Positions 48,901-61,856 of a stretch of 64,000 nucleotides of DNA are shown one piece after another. Location of the stretch: contig CP120454.1 of NCBI GenBank assembly GCA_034226945.1, positions 310,001-374,000 on the forward strand, given 5' to 3'. The DNA is from Picochlorum sp. SENEW3. Lineage: Eukaryota. Position 1 is the stretch's first letter; the number at the start of each line of letters is the position of its first letter. A model generated the notes under the pieces. The model was not told the origin of the DNA, did not search any database, and saw only the letters and a program-made list of their open reading frames with translations. A program made the translations under genes and the position numbers.

Positions 48901-49498
48901 AGGGTTCCAGAACAAGAAGCTTATTTCCTCAATGCAAGCTGCCAAAGCACAGGGAAATCTCACACTTGATAGAATCTTAGAGCTGAAGGATGCCGGTGTT
49001 GATCCTACCAGTGTTGTGAATTCAGACATGCTCCAGCAATTGTATCGCCAAGAAATATCTAGCAAACTTGGAGATGGAACAGGATCATTCGATGCAGAGA
49101 AATTATTGAACGAAGTACCAAAGGAGCTAGGCATCGATTCAGAAAAGGCAGCAAGTGTGGCCAAGAGTCTCGCTGCCGATAAAAGACGTACAACACTGGT
49201 GCAGGCAGTTTCATTCCTGAGGCAGAAGAAGACAAAGGACACTGTTGAGAGTTTGAACAATTTGATGTCTTGCAGACTTGCAGATCCAGACAGCCCACCA
49301 GAGAAGTGGAATGAAGCAGAGGAGATTGCTGACCTGTACAGCCTGTACTGTGTCAAGGAAAAGGATGAAACCAAGAGAGCTGGAGTCCAGTCTGCTCTTG
49401 GCCTCTCTGATGACGAGGCTAATAATTTAAAATCTATGGCTGATTCCGGAGAATTCAAACTCGGCCAAGACGCGGAAGAAGAGCAGGCTTTCTTTTAA
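45924..49498 (+). CDS. TIC110: Chloroplast inner-envelope translocon TIC110
   Basis: Transit peptide, two N-terminal hydrophobic helices, then FQKLIYVSSLVFG...FLLPW.RVF, YRNYLMYCMTG and RLSQLGDLLGLT. Four exons. Confidence 0.93.
47408..47506 (+). ncRNA. Intronic box C/D snoRNA with two rRNA guides (snR52-like 18S guide)
   Basis: Features in order: terminal CCGG/CCGG stem, box C TGATGA (47414-47419), guide CCTGTTGCCTTCCT, D' TTGA, 9-bp stem CTTGGATCA/TGATCCAAG, C' GTGATCA, guide TCCACACGAGATTT, box D CTGA (47499-47502). Confidence 0.82.
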
Positions 49499-49530
49499 AT
49501 GAACAACATATATGATAGCATTAATAATAA

Positions 49531-50703
49531 TTACTTTTTTGCAACAAACCATTGCCAAAGACACACAAGCCCAGCAACAGGGAACAAGAAACTCAACTTG
49601 AATGTCAAAATATCCATCAGATGACCTGAATATGTCTCAAAACTTGTGAAAATCCCTCCAAGGCGCAGAACTTGTGCACTCCCTTCTGAAAACAAGCGAT
49701 ACAAGCAGAATCCCCAAAGAACACTCAACAAACCTGTACCCAAATTTAACAACTTGAATGTCGATGCTCCGAGTCTATTTCTCTGAGAAGCATCCAATAA
49801 AGTAACAAAACTCGAGTACAGCAAAAATGCTCCAATAGAAAGAGACTGAATCAAGTCCCAGCCAAGAGCTCCTGCAGGGATCTGGATCCAACTCAAGCTT
49901 CCCAATTGGTGACCTAGAAATGATTGTGGCAGAAAATACCTATACCAGACTGTTGTAAACATGAATACCGAAGAGATGGCAGCAAATCCGTAGACATTAC
50001 CAAGGGAAAAGATTTTCAGAGGGTTCCAGCTGACAAAATCTATTCTCATCCCTTTTGAGCACATGAACATTGTTCCAAGAGTGAGAGCAAAAATACCAGC
50101 ATAGACATTGCCACAGAGAGAGACCATCTGAGATGCTGATGGAATGAAAGCAATCTTTGCCATTTCAAAAAAGGACCATGCTGCTACTCCATATGCAAGG
50201 CGTTTGTACGTGTTTGACGTCAGTCTCCCATGTTCAGCTGCCCCCACCAAGCAATGAGAAAGCAATGCAGCGTAGAGATGCATCCCGCCCATCATGCACA
50301 TCAAAGAATTCACCAATGTATTCCCAGATGCAGCTAGATATACTTCAGACAAGATGTTCTCGGGGAAAACTGCCATGGCAATGCCGCAAATACCATGGAC
50401 CAAGCACACGAAGGAAAATGCAGATGGACTTGGATCAATTGGTCTCGACACTGCTGACTCGTATGACGACGCTGATGCAACCATTCCATTCCGTGAATAC
50501 GCCACCCTCATCCCAAACCCCTCTATTCTCCTCGCACAGAGACATCTTGTCGTCTCGCTAGCAGAAACAGCAGTGGCACTCCGTTGCACAGGGTACACAA
50601 CCTTGCTTGACGAAGACAGGGCAACAACCCCATGAGATCTCTGATTACCTCCTGCATGATGAAATGAATACATATTGACTGAATTTGGGTACAGTTGAGC
50701 CAT
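49531..50703 (-). CDS. Plastid-targeted multi-pass membrane protein with internal duplication
   Basis: Ser/Ala-rich transit-like region and about 8 hydrophobic helices. Repeated motif AAEHGRLTSNTYKRL / ASQRNRLGASTFKLL. Confidence 0.7.
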   Translation of the reverse strand: MAQLYPNSVNMYSFHHAGGNQRSHGVVALSSSSKVVYPVQRSATAVSASETTRCLCARRIEGFGMRVAYSRNGMVASASSYESAVSRPIDPSPSAFSFVCLVHGICGIAMAVFPENILSEVYLAASGNTLVNSLMCMMGGMHLYAALLSHCLVGAAEHGRLTSNTYKRLAYGVAAWSFFEMAKIAFIPSASQMVSLCGNVYAGIFALTLGTMFMCSKGMRIDFVSWNPLKIFSLGNVYGFAAISSVFMFTTVWYRYFLPQSFLGHQLGSLSWIQIPAGALGWDLIQSLSIGAFLLYSSFVTLLDASQRNRLGASTFKLLNLGTGLLSVLWGFCLYRLFSEGSAQVLRLGGIFTSFETYSGHLMDILTFKLSFLFPVAGLVCLWQWFVAKK

Positions 50704-50945
50704 CGTTGTAGGACCTCGTGGAACCAACCAACAGAGTCACAGTCAAACAATGACACCGTACCAGTACATTGTGTCAATTTCATTTTTTTGTTTATAATAT
50801 GTATGAGCGGTGATGATGGCAAGGTGTCATCATCCATGCGCAACGTCTCTGACTGATCCATCTGGGTATGACGTGGCTGCAGCATGGTCCGAAACCAAAA
50901 TCAAAATTACATTTCTATCACCATTCGATATCAATTTGAAATATA

Positions 50946-51727
50946 ATGTCAATAGATACATCATTATTGAAGGAAGAGCTTCGTACTTTGTACGAAGAGA
51001 AGAGAGCAGTGGAACAAGAAGTGGAAGAGTGTGTGGGAAGACTTGAGAGCTGCGGTGTTGGTGTAGAGGGATCTCTGGTGGACTCGGAGGTATGAATACT
51101 ATTATTACTTGATGATTTCAGTCATGGTGTGTCAATAGTGGTGTGGTTTGTAGGGATTTCCGAGGAGTGATTTGGATTTGGTATCAGTCAGGATGGACAG
51201 GCAGAGAGTACACGGTGTGTATGTGTCAGCTCGTCATCGTCGACTATTGGGTTGATGACTGATATCGTATGATCCTTTGTGCAGTTTTGAATAATGACCA
51301 TGCGAGGTTGATGGCACAGATAGAGGGAAAGTTGCACAAGCTTCATGCACATACGAGAGGCGATGTGGATGTTTCTGCTCCTATACAACACACGAGGTCG
51401 TACGTGGAGGAGGAAAGGGTTGCTGCTCCTTTGGCGGTGCCTGCAAAGTCTACATTACCTTTTGCTATTGTGGACGAGGTGAGCCAGGATGGGCCAGCAA
51501 TGCATGCGGGTGTTGCTGTGGGAGACAAGGTGTTGCAGTGTGCCCATATTACTGGTCAGACACCGAATAGCCTTGCAACGATGGGTAGTCTCGTCTCTGA
51601 ATCAGAGAATCGAGTTTTGGATTTGATTGTCTTGCGAGGGGACAATGTTGTGAGGCTCAAATTGCATCCAAAGAAATGGAGTGGTAGAGGGTTGCTTGGA
51701 TGTCATTTGAGCCCTATGACAGAATGA
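50946..51727 (+). CDS. PSMD9: 26S proteasome assembly chaperone PSMD9/Nas2 (PDZ)
   Basis: Spliced SLVDSE|GFPRSDLDL..VR..R...LNNDH, PFAIVDEV...PA..AG and WSGRGLLGCHL motifs. Confidence 0.92.
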
Positions 51728-51739
51728 AATATTACATCT

Positions 51740-52839
51740 TTATGAAAACTTTCTTTGCCACCATCGAATGAATTCGAATAAATCTATAGATCCATCCTTG
51801 TTGGTGTCAATAAGCCTTATGGCTGCATCTACTTCTGCAGCCGACTCGATTTCTGGAGAGAAGTCGGCACACAGCTTTCTGAACTCGTCTCTACTAATCA
51901 CGCCGTCATCATCTGCAGTGGCAGTATAATATTATTGTGAGAGGTACTCATCATGCTGGGGACACCATACGATGACAAAAACCTACTTAAATCATATTTG
52001 GAGAATATTCCTGCAATATCTGCAGCTTCTTTTTCTGTTAACCCGTACTTCTCTGCATCGAATCCAAACGACTTTTCTGCTTTAGAAAGTGCAAGGTATG
52101 CTCCCAAGTCTGTGAGCATATCATTTGATGATGCCATTTGCTCCTCCTCCTTCTTCAAAAGCTCCACCATTTTATTCATTGCTTGGATGATTTTCACAGA
52201 GTTCACTGCATCCTGAGCTTTGTCAGCCACATTGAATCCACTGTTTGTTTTGGCAATACCCTCTACAGCATTCAGGAATGCAGCAGAGTTCAAATTGAAC
52301 TGGATACCTGCAATTGTCACCGTGATAAGCTTGAAGACATCAAAAAGTGCTCCACTCACATAATACCCAGCCAGAAGGTATGCAATAGCTTGTCCAATCA
52401 CGGCGGCTACCCCATAATCTTCGCTGGCAAGTCCAAGATATCCCCCAGCGACGAAAGCACCATATGCAGCACCCATGTCCAACACAGTGGAAAATAGGAC
52501 TAGTGCCAAAGCTTTCTTGCTCTGGCCCACAAGAATCTTCCGTAAATCTTCCGGGGTGATTCGATGCCCAACATCATCTTGCCAAGTTTTCAAAATCTCC
52601 CTTGCCTTCTCGGGGGTAAGCCCCGAAGATTCCAACTGTTCCTTCAACTTTTCTTGATCTTTCTCTGTCGCGCCCTCACCACTTTGGATGCGCTTGGAAT
52701 TAATATTTTTATAATATGTTGAATGAATGTGCTTTGTTCTGGGCGTAAAGCATATCGATGGCCTCCTGGATTGTATCGCAAGAAGGCCCCAGACACGAGA
52801 GGACTGCAAACTTGGGTTCTGAACAATGCGGCCAGACAT
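51740..52839 (-). CDS. EF-hand calcium-binding protein with transit-like N-terminus and hydrophobic central segment
   Basis: After an intron near 51914-51987: FSKYDL|NDDGVISRDEF...IDTNKDGSIDLFEF, giving two EF hands. Confidence 0.8.
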
Positions 52840-53021
52840 TTTGCTAAATTCTATCAAGTATTGACAGTTTAAACATATGAAATTGAAAAATATTTGGTTT
52901 TTTCCCCATCAATGGTCTTGGCATGGGGCCCCATTTGGTGCATCTGCGTAGAGATGATGCTGGATTCGACCCAGATCACCTTTGTGTAATATCTTGTAGA
53001 TGAGGATCTTCTCCAGGATCA

Positions 53022-54089
53022 TTATTCTTTCAGGCCATAGACTCTGATATAATCAATGTGCATTGTTTTTGAACTGCTTTCTAGGGTACTAAGAGCCCTC
53101 TCCATCGGCACATTTCCGGTCAAGCCTCCACCCACAGCAACATTCAGCAAGAGGTGGAATTTCTCATCAAATGGAGAATAGGTGGCTGCTTTTCGGGACG
53201 AGCTGAACCAGCCATTCCGAGTACCCCTACCAGAATGAACCCTGTGGAAGAGATTTGAATTGAGATACCATTCGATGCTATCCTTTCTCCAGATGAGTGA
53301 AATTTTGCTCCACTGTTTTGGTGTGATTGATACTTTTGATCCCCAACTGAGGTTTTCTGGCCAAGATCCTCCATAATGAATCGTCCCGATTGCTTCTTCC
53401 ATATTGTTCACAGCCTCAAATATATCTATCTCTCCAGATTGAGCCCAAATTCCATACTTTCCACACCCGCTACAGGAATTGTTTCCGCTGTCAGGCAACA
53501 TCCAGATAGCTGGCCAGATTCCTTCACCAGGCATCACCTTTACTTTCACAGTAATTTTGATGGCATCGTATCCTTTGTATCCAGGAGAGATGCTAAATTT
53601 ATTCAGAGATCTGAGCCTGGCAGAAGAAATTTGCACTCCTTGGCACTTGTTCTTGCATCCCCTGTCAGATCCACATCTCTTTTCACAGAATTTTTGAAGC
53701 GATCTCAAATTTGATCCGGTCTCTTTACGCGCCTTCAATATCAATCGACCTGCTTCTACGTATGCGTTTCTTTTACTCTTGGTATAGTACTGATGCTCAT
53801 TGTTGCCCCAGCCACATATCCCGAACTCGCAACCATCCCCGGTCATATGACTCCATTTGTTCTTGTCCAACCTTTTGAACTCGTCTCTCCACAAAAGCTT
53901 CCATCTTCCCCTGCAAGATCTATGAATATATTTTTGAACCATCTAGGGCGCATACATTGATCAGAAAAGCATTAAAAAGGAACGCCTGGTCTCAACGATC
54001 TAACCGGACAGTACAGGTACCCACCTACAATTTGCTCGCTGTGCTAAGCTTACAATGATACTAAGTAATATTATTGCTTTAATATTCAT
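53022..54089 (-). CDS. Secreted GH16 beta-1,3-glucanase (laminarinase-like)
   Basis: Signal-peptide exon MNIKAIILLSIIVSLAQRANC. WGNNEHQYY, GIWPAIWMLP, catalytic SGEIDIFE, LLLNVAVGG and MHIDYIRVY motifs. Confidence 0.92.
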
Positions 54090-54358
54090 TTTGGAACCTC
54101 TTAGGATTTCTGAAATCGTAATGTCGCTGAGAACTGCTCCCTTTCCCACTCTTGGAATACTTCGGCGTTAACGCGTGGCTCCCCAGTAGGTCCAAACCAT
54201 GCCAAATATCCGTTAAGTATAGTAATTGACAATTATTTTCATCAAAAGTTGGGGTCTTCGAGCCCTTTACTTGCACAAATATTCAAAACAATTGCCATCA
54301 GCCCGCCAGCTTCAGTTGTACCTTCATGATATCATGCCACGATAAAGGTGATGTCGCT

Positions 54359-57300
54359 TCAGTTTCCACGAATCTGAATTTCCGCATCAATCATGCGCGA
54401 AAACTCAGTATCCGAGGATAGCAATTCTTTCGGTTTTCCTACTTCTTGTACCCGACCTTCTGACATTATCGCAACGAAATCAGCGGTCATAGCTCTTGAG
54501 AGCCTGTGCACTGTTTCAACCACAGTGATACCAGAAAATTCAACATCAAGCAAAGCAAATAGTCGGGCAATGTCCTTGGTATTCAGGACAGAAGATGGTT
54601 CATCGAGACAAAGATACTTCGGTTTCCGTAATAATAGCCTTGACAATGAAAAGACTGCCTTCTCAGCCACTGAAAGCCCTGCTGATGATATGAATATGTC
54701 CAGAATGCTCTCATTAGGGCACTTGGGTTTAAAATTCTTCAAGCAATCTGTCTTGCGGAGGCAATCTAACAAAACAGAATCATCATACTCACCATATGGA
54801 TCCAAATTTTCCCGAATCGAAGCTGAAAACATGACCGGCTGCTGTGGGATGTAACCTATATGGGAAAGCACATCTTTCTTGCGCATTCTTAATGCAGATA
54901 CTGGAGTGGCCCCAAAGTAGATACCTCCCATCTGAATGGGGAGTAAACCTAAAAGACAAGACAGAACAGTAGATTTACCTGAACCAGAGCGACCACAAAT
55001 GGCAAATCTAGACTGCTCTGGGATGTGGAGGGAAAAGTTGTCCAATGCCCACTGAGAGGACGACGGATAGGACAAGAAAACATTGCAAAACATGATGTCG
55101 CCGCAAATTGGTTGACTTTCTTGTACATTTGAGCTTTTATCATCTGAGTCTACTTGGGAAGATGATGAACGATCACCAAAATATGCCATAACACGCTCTA
55201 CTGACACCATTTCCCGTTCGGTCTCACTGCCAGAGGTGACCAGGCCTGACAATAGCGATGTGCAAGGAAGGATATAAGACAAACTCAAACCAACCAAAGC
55301 CGTGGTTATATTTGAATGCACCCCAAGATATTCGTCTGCAAATTCTCTACGCTGATTTATAAGGCCTAAAGCAATAATGGCCGATGCAATGGTTGTAGAC
55401 ATCAGTTGCAATCTGGAAGATAGCCAAGCACTTGCAGCAACTGATGAGAATTTAGCCCTCTGAAATGCTTCCAAGTGCTTATTTAAGTACGAGACAAAAT
55501 AGTTATTCTTTTTGAATGATCTTATAATCACTGACCCATCGCAAGATGACTGAGTAATTGAGAAAATAGGAGATTGGTATACTGCTTCTAACCTCTTGAC
55601 TTCCCTGGCACATGCAAGATAGTGACTCTGCACTGCCCTGTACCAGCAGTAAAGCCCCAGAAGGATGAATCCCATTGGTACAACATTCCTCTCTTGACAG
55701 ATGAGCAGAACTAGGATGATCCCACCTATACCGAATGATTGAGCAAGAAAAATGTTCAATATGAATGGCAAGGAATCATCAATTGTCCCAACATCAGATA
55801 TAATGCGATTTATGACTTGACCCCCAGACACAGATAGGAATTTGACGAAAGGCCAATTTAAAATATTTGATAGAAGCTCGTCATGTATTCTTATAGCAGA
55901 ACAAAGCCCTCCCGCTGCGAAAGTAATTGACCTCAAAAGTGTAAAGAATGAGCAAAGAATGACTATCTGAATGTATCCAACAATAAAATCATCATCTTTC
56001 GTTTGATTCTGGACTGAACGTGATTTCAAATGGAAAGAAAGCCACAGATCTGCACCATTTCTAGATAACTGCATCAAGAGCAAGAATAGGAGGGCCATGG
56101 TGATCCACACCTTCTGCTTGGAAAAATAGAAGGCATATGTCTTTGAGGAGATACACCCCGTCAACCTATCTTCAAGGCTTATGGAACTCAAATCAGTTCC
56201 ATCAATTGAATTTGTCAAATCTTCTTCAATATTCTCAACATCCATATCAACGCGTTTACACTCGATGGATGAAGATTGTACCACTAATCCGTCATCATTT
56301 ACAAGGAGGCACATGTCTGCAGCATCCATGATAAACTGAGAACTAGTGACTATAACGACCGCCTTTTCTTTCGTTATGTCTGAAGACACGATCGAGTGAG
56401 ATACTCTGGAGCATAGAACAGCATCAAGACATGCTAGGGCGTCATCGATTAGAAGCAGAGAAGCATGTGGATTGTAGAAAGCTCGAGCAATGTTTATCCG
56501 AGCCTGTTGCCCCCCCGAGAGATTCAGATCATTGTTATCCGAAATTTTGAAGAAATCGCCTCCTGGAATCATTTGAAAATCTTCATCTAGGCAACAAGCA
56601 TCGATCACCTTGCGGTATCTTCCAGGATCAAACTTATTTCCGAACAAAATGTTCTCACGAATTGTTCCAGGAAATAGAAAAGGAGCCTGAGGAACATATG
56701 CAATTATCTGATGGTCATTGATGACTTCTCCTCTCTCACAGTGTATTTCATTCATGAGAGAAAGCAATAAACAGCTTTTACCTGAACCAATTCCACCGCA
56801 GACGGCGACAAGAGGGCTTCCAACTATGCGAAGAGATGGTACCTTTAGAGAATGAAGTGAATGGCTGTGATCCTGCCTTCGATCTAGCGGTGCGAATACG
56901 CCATCCACTATGCTGATTGATTTATGCTTAATGTGGTTTCGAATTTCAGTGGCAGTCAAGGCATACTGAGTTCGAACACCGCAAGCATTTGAAGCAAAGT
57001 ATTCATTTATCCGGAAGGCTGACACATATGACTCCATCATCCTGTATACATGTACGTACATGGTAAATGCAGGCATACCGTACTGTAGTACAGTTGCAGA
57101 AATCATTAAGAAAGAGATACATACATGAACTCACCCGTTGATCACCCATGGTAGTGAGTTTATTGGGCCAAGTAAAATATTAAACAAGGCCATTGTAGGG
57201 AATACCAGATCGGCTGTCAAGTCCTCGTTTGACATCACAGAAAAAATTGTGAATGTTGCTGCACCCATGAGCAGCGATGTGGTCGCCCAGAAGAAGACAC

Positions 57301-58315
57301 AGATAGCATCTTGATACTTGATAATTTTCAAGTGTCTTACCTCTCTTGTTCGTGCAGAGACGATCTTCTCACTAAAGTACTTCTCCCATTGGTATGCTTT
57401 TATTGTTCGAATAGCACTCACTAGATTGGTGACTAACAATGAGCGCTCATCTCTTGCTTCCATCAACCCAGCAGATGCTTTTCTGATAATATTAGCAATC
57501 AGTTGATTCACAGGTATCATGGCAACTATCAGTACAAGCCCAACTGCACATGTCCATTTCATATGAATATAGAGCATAATCAATGCTGCGATAAGTTGAA
57601 ATGCCATACTAGAGATATCAATCAAACTAAAGAAGAGATTTGAAGCCCTTTCAGCATCGGTAGACATCATGTTTTGCATTCTCCCTGAATCCAGAGTTCC
57701 TTTGATAATCAGATTTTCTGAGAAGATTGCTGATATTATGCCAGACTTCATGCTATTCTGCAACAGTCCCTTCCCATACAAAAAGTGGGATTCTATAAAG
57801 CTTTTCGCAACAAATATAGAGATGAAAATCCCGGAGTATGCATAGACAACCTCATCACGCATCTGATGACCATTCTGCACCAAATGAGGACCTGCCCAAA
57901 GCTCATTCTCCTTGCTACCGAAGCAGGACAGCAACTTTCCAAGAATATAAGGACCCGAAAGGTTTAGAATATCAGCCAAGAAACGAAGTAGCATCAACTG
58001 TACAAGCTTATAACCGCCAAGAATAGACATTGTCTTGAACAGTGCCATAGAGCGACAGTCATTCCCAAAATTCCACGCTTCCTGAACCTTCTTCCAGCAT
58101 ACCACGGAATCTAGAACCTTTGGTAAATGTGGTAGATCCTCCAGATCTAATGTCTCTTTCCGCTTCGCGATCTTGAACAAATCATTCATCCACAAAAAAC
58201 CCAACCTAGAGAAAATGTTTCTCTCTTCCTTTTCCCCTAACGCCACCTCAGCATCACTCACGTTGGTGGATCCCTCTCCACCACTGAGAAAACCTTCCTC
58301 AATATCATCGTTCAT
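54359..58315 (-). CDS. ABCC/MRP transporter (short form, MRP7/ABCC13-like)
   Basis: TMD1-NBD1-TMD2-NBD2 layout with GGIGSGKS, LSGGQQAR, ETEREMVSVERV, GRSGSGKS and CLDEPSS. Intron at ~57045-57134. Confidence 0.92.
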
Positions 58316-58577
58316 GATTCCCACTGTATGTCTTGGGCAACACAAGACCTTTCGCCATGGAAAGGCAAATGGTTGTTCCGACACCAGAATTCAGACATGA
58401 CACGCGATTTTCGGACCACAGAAATCACCCACACATGTATAAGCCAAATGTAAAATTTATTAATTACAACTCTTCCATCGCTGATGGGTCATGGAGCATC
58501 CCTCGATCGAGCTGGATGAAGATGGTTGGCCCTTCATGCCTTCAGCAATCTTTGCGTAGCAGTCATCACAGACCCAG

Positions 58578-59618
58578 GTGGGGCTAAAACCCAATCCTAA
58601 CATTACTTTAAAATTTATTAAAGTTGATAATGGAGTATCTTCATATGTACAGTCTGTTATCGATATGATTCGGGTGTGGCCTTGCTTGAGACTTGCACCG
58701 ACTGCGGGAGTCTCTCCGCCTTTGGGGAAGCGCAAGCATTCTTGGCATAGACTACAGCGGTACAACTCTCTTTCTAAATTTGATGAATGCATTGATGACC
58801 AGAACGTGCAAAAATTAGATGGGATGGATATTCAGCAGTTTGAAAAGACATTTGGGTATACCTGGTTGACTCACCTGAAGCTTCTTGAGGAGGATTCAGC
58901 GTTTCGACAGCAAATACTGGAAATGAAATTCTATCGAAGGCTCCAGAGGAGGAGTCATATTATGCCTAACCCAGAAAAGCCGCTCAAGAGAGTGAAGCCC
59001 CTTGAGTTTGGGGAGGTTTCAGATAGCTCTTCTGATATCCTGGAAGAGTTAGAATGGATATCTGATCAAAATGATGTAGCAGAAGATCAGACCATAAAAA
59101 GTACGAAAGACGGCGTGAAAGTTCTTCTTAGTGGTCAGGAGTTCAACATATCTCCTCTCTGGATATCAGTGTTAGTAGACGAGAATACCATGGTGGCAAA
59201 ACTATTTGAAAGTATCGTTCCAATAGAGGAACGGTTGCTGGATAAATTGGAAACACCGATAAGTCCTTTTTATGAGACGGAAGGTTTGGCGTTTAATACG
59301 ATGGCGGAGTACACGTCTGGGCCTTGGAGGAATTTCTTTGTTGGGCTTGTGGGTGAAGTTTCAGCAGAGGAAGATGGCAACTTGTGGCCAAATCAGGTCT
59401 TACACAAGGATAGAAGTTTATATAATGTTAGAAATGCGTCTGATCTTGCGAAATTTTTAGCTGACCCCAACAAAGAAGACATTGAAAGTCATCTCGGCAA
59501 CTTGGAGAGAGTGGCAGTTGAGCGCAATTATAAAAAGGGCTGGTGCTGGCATATGTTGAAAACCCGGTGGGGACAGAAGACTTTGGAAAACTTTGGAATG
59601 ACAATAAATTCTATTTAA
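58578..59618 (+). CDS. Hypothetical protein
   Basis: 346-codon open frame with uncertain 5' structure. C-terminal ERNYKKGWCWHML motif. Confidence 0.6.
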   Translation: MGLKPNPNITLKFIKVDNGVSSYVQSVIDMIRVWPCLRLAPTAGVSPPLGKRKHSWHRLQRYNSLSKFDECIDDQNVQKLDGMDIQQFEKTFGYTWLTHLKLLEEDSAFRQQILEMKFYRRLQRRSHIMPNPEKPLKRVKPLEFGEVSDSSSDILEELEWISDQNDVAEDQTIKSTKDGVKVLLSGQEFNISPLWISVLVDENTMVAKLFESIVPIEERLLDKLETPISPFYETEGLAFNTMAEYTSGPWRNFFVGLVGEVSAEEDGNLWPNQVLHKDRSLYNVRNASDLAKFLADPNKEDIESHLGNLERVAVERNYKKGWCWHMLKTRWGQKTLENFGMTINSI

Positions 59619-59661
59619 ATAAATACATCTTGACTAAAGAATTGACTATTAGCATTTGTTT

Positions 59662-60246
59662 TCATGGTGTGAATATTGCCTCACAGAAGTTCCTGCTATG
59701 TGTTCCACAGTCTATTTTTGCTTTATCTTCACATGCAGATGAGTAGTTCTCTTCACATAATTGTCTTCTGTCTTTGCTGTCTCCTGCAGCATACTTATAA
59801 CTATCAACTGTTCCCAAAGAAACGACCAAAATGAGAGTCATACCTTTTCTCAGAAAAGATGAAATCCATGATGGACGGCATGCTTTCAATGCCTGGACAC
59901 TACAGACCTTTCTGCATGAAGTACACAATATGCTTCAATGTTTCGTCTTACTACATCGAAGAGGGACGTACCTTGCACCCTCAAAGCAGTTATGGCTGAC
60001 TTTGACTCTGCAACACTGTTGCTGCTCTTTCCTAGAAGTTTCAGAGGGGAAAATCTGCGAATGAGCGGGCAAGTTGTTTAAGTGTATGGCATTGGCTCCT
60101 AAAAATAATTAAAAATTGGGAATTTTCGCCAAGAAACCTACCAAGTCAAAAGAACCATCGGCTAGTTGGGTCGGAACCCTTGGTAAAGGAAGACCAGGAC
60201 TGTGAAACCAACTGACCAAGCGCTGTGTCGGGTCGTCATGAGGCAT
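59662..60246 (-). CDS. Small Cys-rich hypothetical protein (4 exons)
   Basis: Manual splice gives MPHDDPTQRL...SFDL|IFPS...CCRVKVSHNCFEGAR|KVCSVQALKACRPSW...|DSKDRRQLCEENYSSACEDKAKIDC...FCEAIFTP*, using GT-AG introns. Confidence 0.65.
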
Positions 60247-60464
60247 ATTGCTATTTTACATTTTTATCAAAAGTTTTGCATAGATATTCTCCGATAAAGT
60301 TAAACAGGAGGGCTGCGCATTGGCCTATCTCGATCAATCCCCGTCGACGGGGCGTCCTCCCCCATTCGACCAATCGCAAGGTTTGAGGTGGCCACTGACC
60401 GGTTGCGACATCGTTCGAGGAGATATGAAGCGATCATTCTTTTCCTCTTGGCATTTCTGGTACT

Positions 60465-61856
60465 TCAATCAATAGCGTTCACTGCTTTAACAGCTGCATC
60501 ATCCAAGTCAGATGCGGTTATGATGGCAACATTGCTGGAACTCAGAATGCGCTTGCCTTCCTCCACATTTGTTCCCTCTAGTCTCACAACTAGAGGAACT
60601 TTCAAGTCTACTTGTTTTGCAGCATTTACTATACCTGAAGCAATGACATCACAGCGCATGATTCCCCCAAAAATATTCACCAGAATTGCTTTGACATGAG
60701 GATCTGATGTCAAGATCTTGAAAGCTGCCACAACTTGTTCTTCTGATGCATTCCCACCCACGTCCAAAAAGTTTGCTGGGCTGCCACCCTTTGCTTGGAT
60801 TATATCCATGGTAGCCATGGCTAGTCCTGCACCATTCACCATGCACCCTATATTTCCATCGAGACCAATGTAATTCAGATCATACTTCCCAGCTTCAACT
60901 TCCCTGGGATCCTCTTGCGATTCGTCCTTCATGGAAAATAGACCTTTTTGTCTAAAGCTTGCATTGTCATCAAATCCTAACTTTGCATCAGCAGCGAGAA
61001 GCCCCTCTTCTGTCTCAGCAAGCGGATTCACCTCAACCATGGTACAATCGCATTCATCAAACAGCTTGTAAAGTGCCTTTATTTGCTCAGCGGCCTTTGT
61101 TTTGTCCGTCAAAACTCCTAGACCTTCTACCATTTGATTTGCCTGCTCATCTGTGATCCCTGACCTGATATCAATGGGTATTTTGATAATTTTATCAGGA
61201 AACTTCTCGGCTAGATCCTCGATGCTTGTGCCACCCTCTCCACAACCAATCATCATCGGCCCCGCAGACTTGCGATCTAAAAGAATTGCAAAGTACATTT
61301 CTCTCTTTAGCTTCATCTTCTCTGCAATGTACACGGTGTTGACCGGTTTGCCCCTGGCACCTGTTTGCTTTGTTACCAGGGTCTCACCAAGCATATTCTT
61401 CGCTATAGCAGGTGCTTCCGACGCCTTGACGATATGCACCCCCCCTTCGAATCCATTCTTAAACGTTCCCAGACCTCTTCCACCCGCAAGAATCTGAGAT
61501 TTGACGACAACCTCGCCCTTATCGTCGGCAAACTTCTCAGCAGCAGCGGGAACCTCTTCCAGAGACTTGATTGCGATTCCATGGGGCACATTCACCCCAT
61601 ATTTCCCCATCAATTCAGCTCCCTGCAGAAAAGATATTTTCCATCACGCACGAAACAGAGAAGTAGAGAAGAACGATCCTTGATGCGGAAAGCGGGCCCT
61701 TCCTCCAAATAGGGTTTATATCGCTGCGTCCCACAAAATAGATGCAAAAGTACTTACTTGGTATTCATGAATGTTTAAAAAACGAATCTGCTCCGATTGT
61801 GCGCCTGGAAGCCTCCTTGCAAGAACATGGGCACCTTGACGGAGCCTGTTGAACAT
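60465..61856 (-). CDS. Succinyl-CoA ligase beta subunit, mitochondrial
   Basis: LNIHEYQ|GA, KSQILAGGRG, GNIGCMVNGAGLAMATMD, PANFLDVGG and VNIFGGIMRCD motifs. Confidence 0.97.

Noticed and set aside
48757..49458. Long antisense ORFs (here and at e.g. 22363-23046 and 15362-15901)
   Set aside because: Shadow frames of real genes on the opposite strand, with no protein motifs.
60142..60246. Structured-looking segment considered as an ncRNA
   Set aside because: Explained as exon 1 of the Cys-rich gene on the minus strand (ATG, 35 codons, GT donor).
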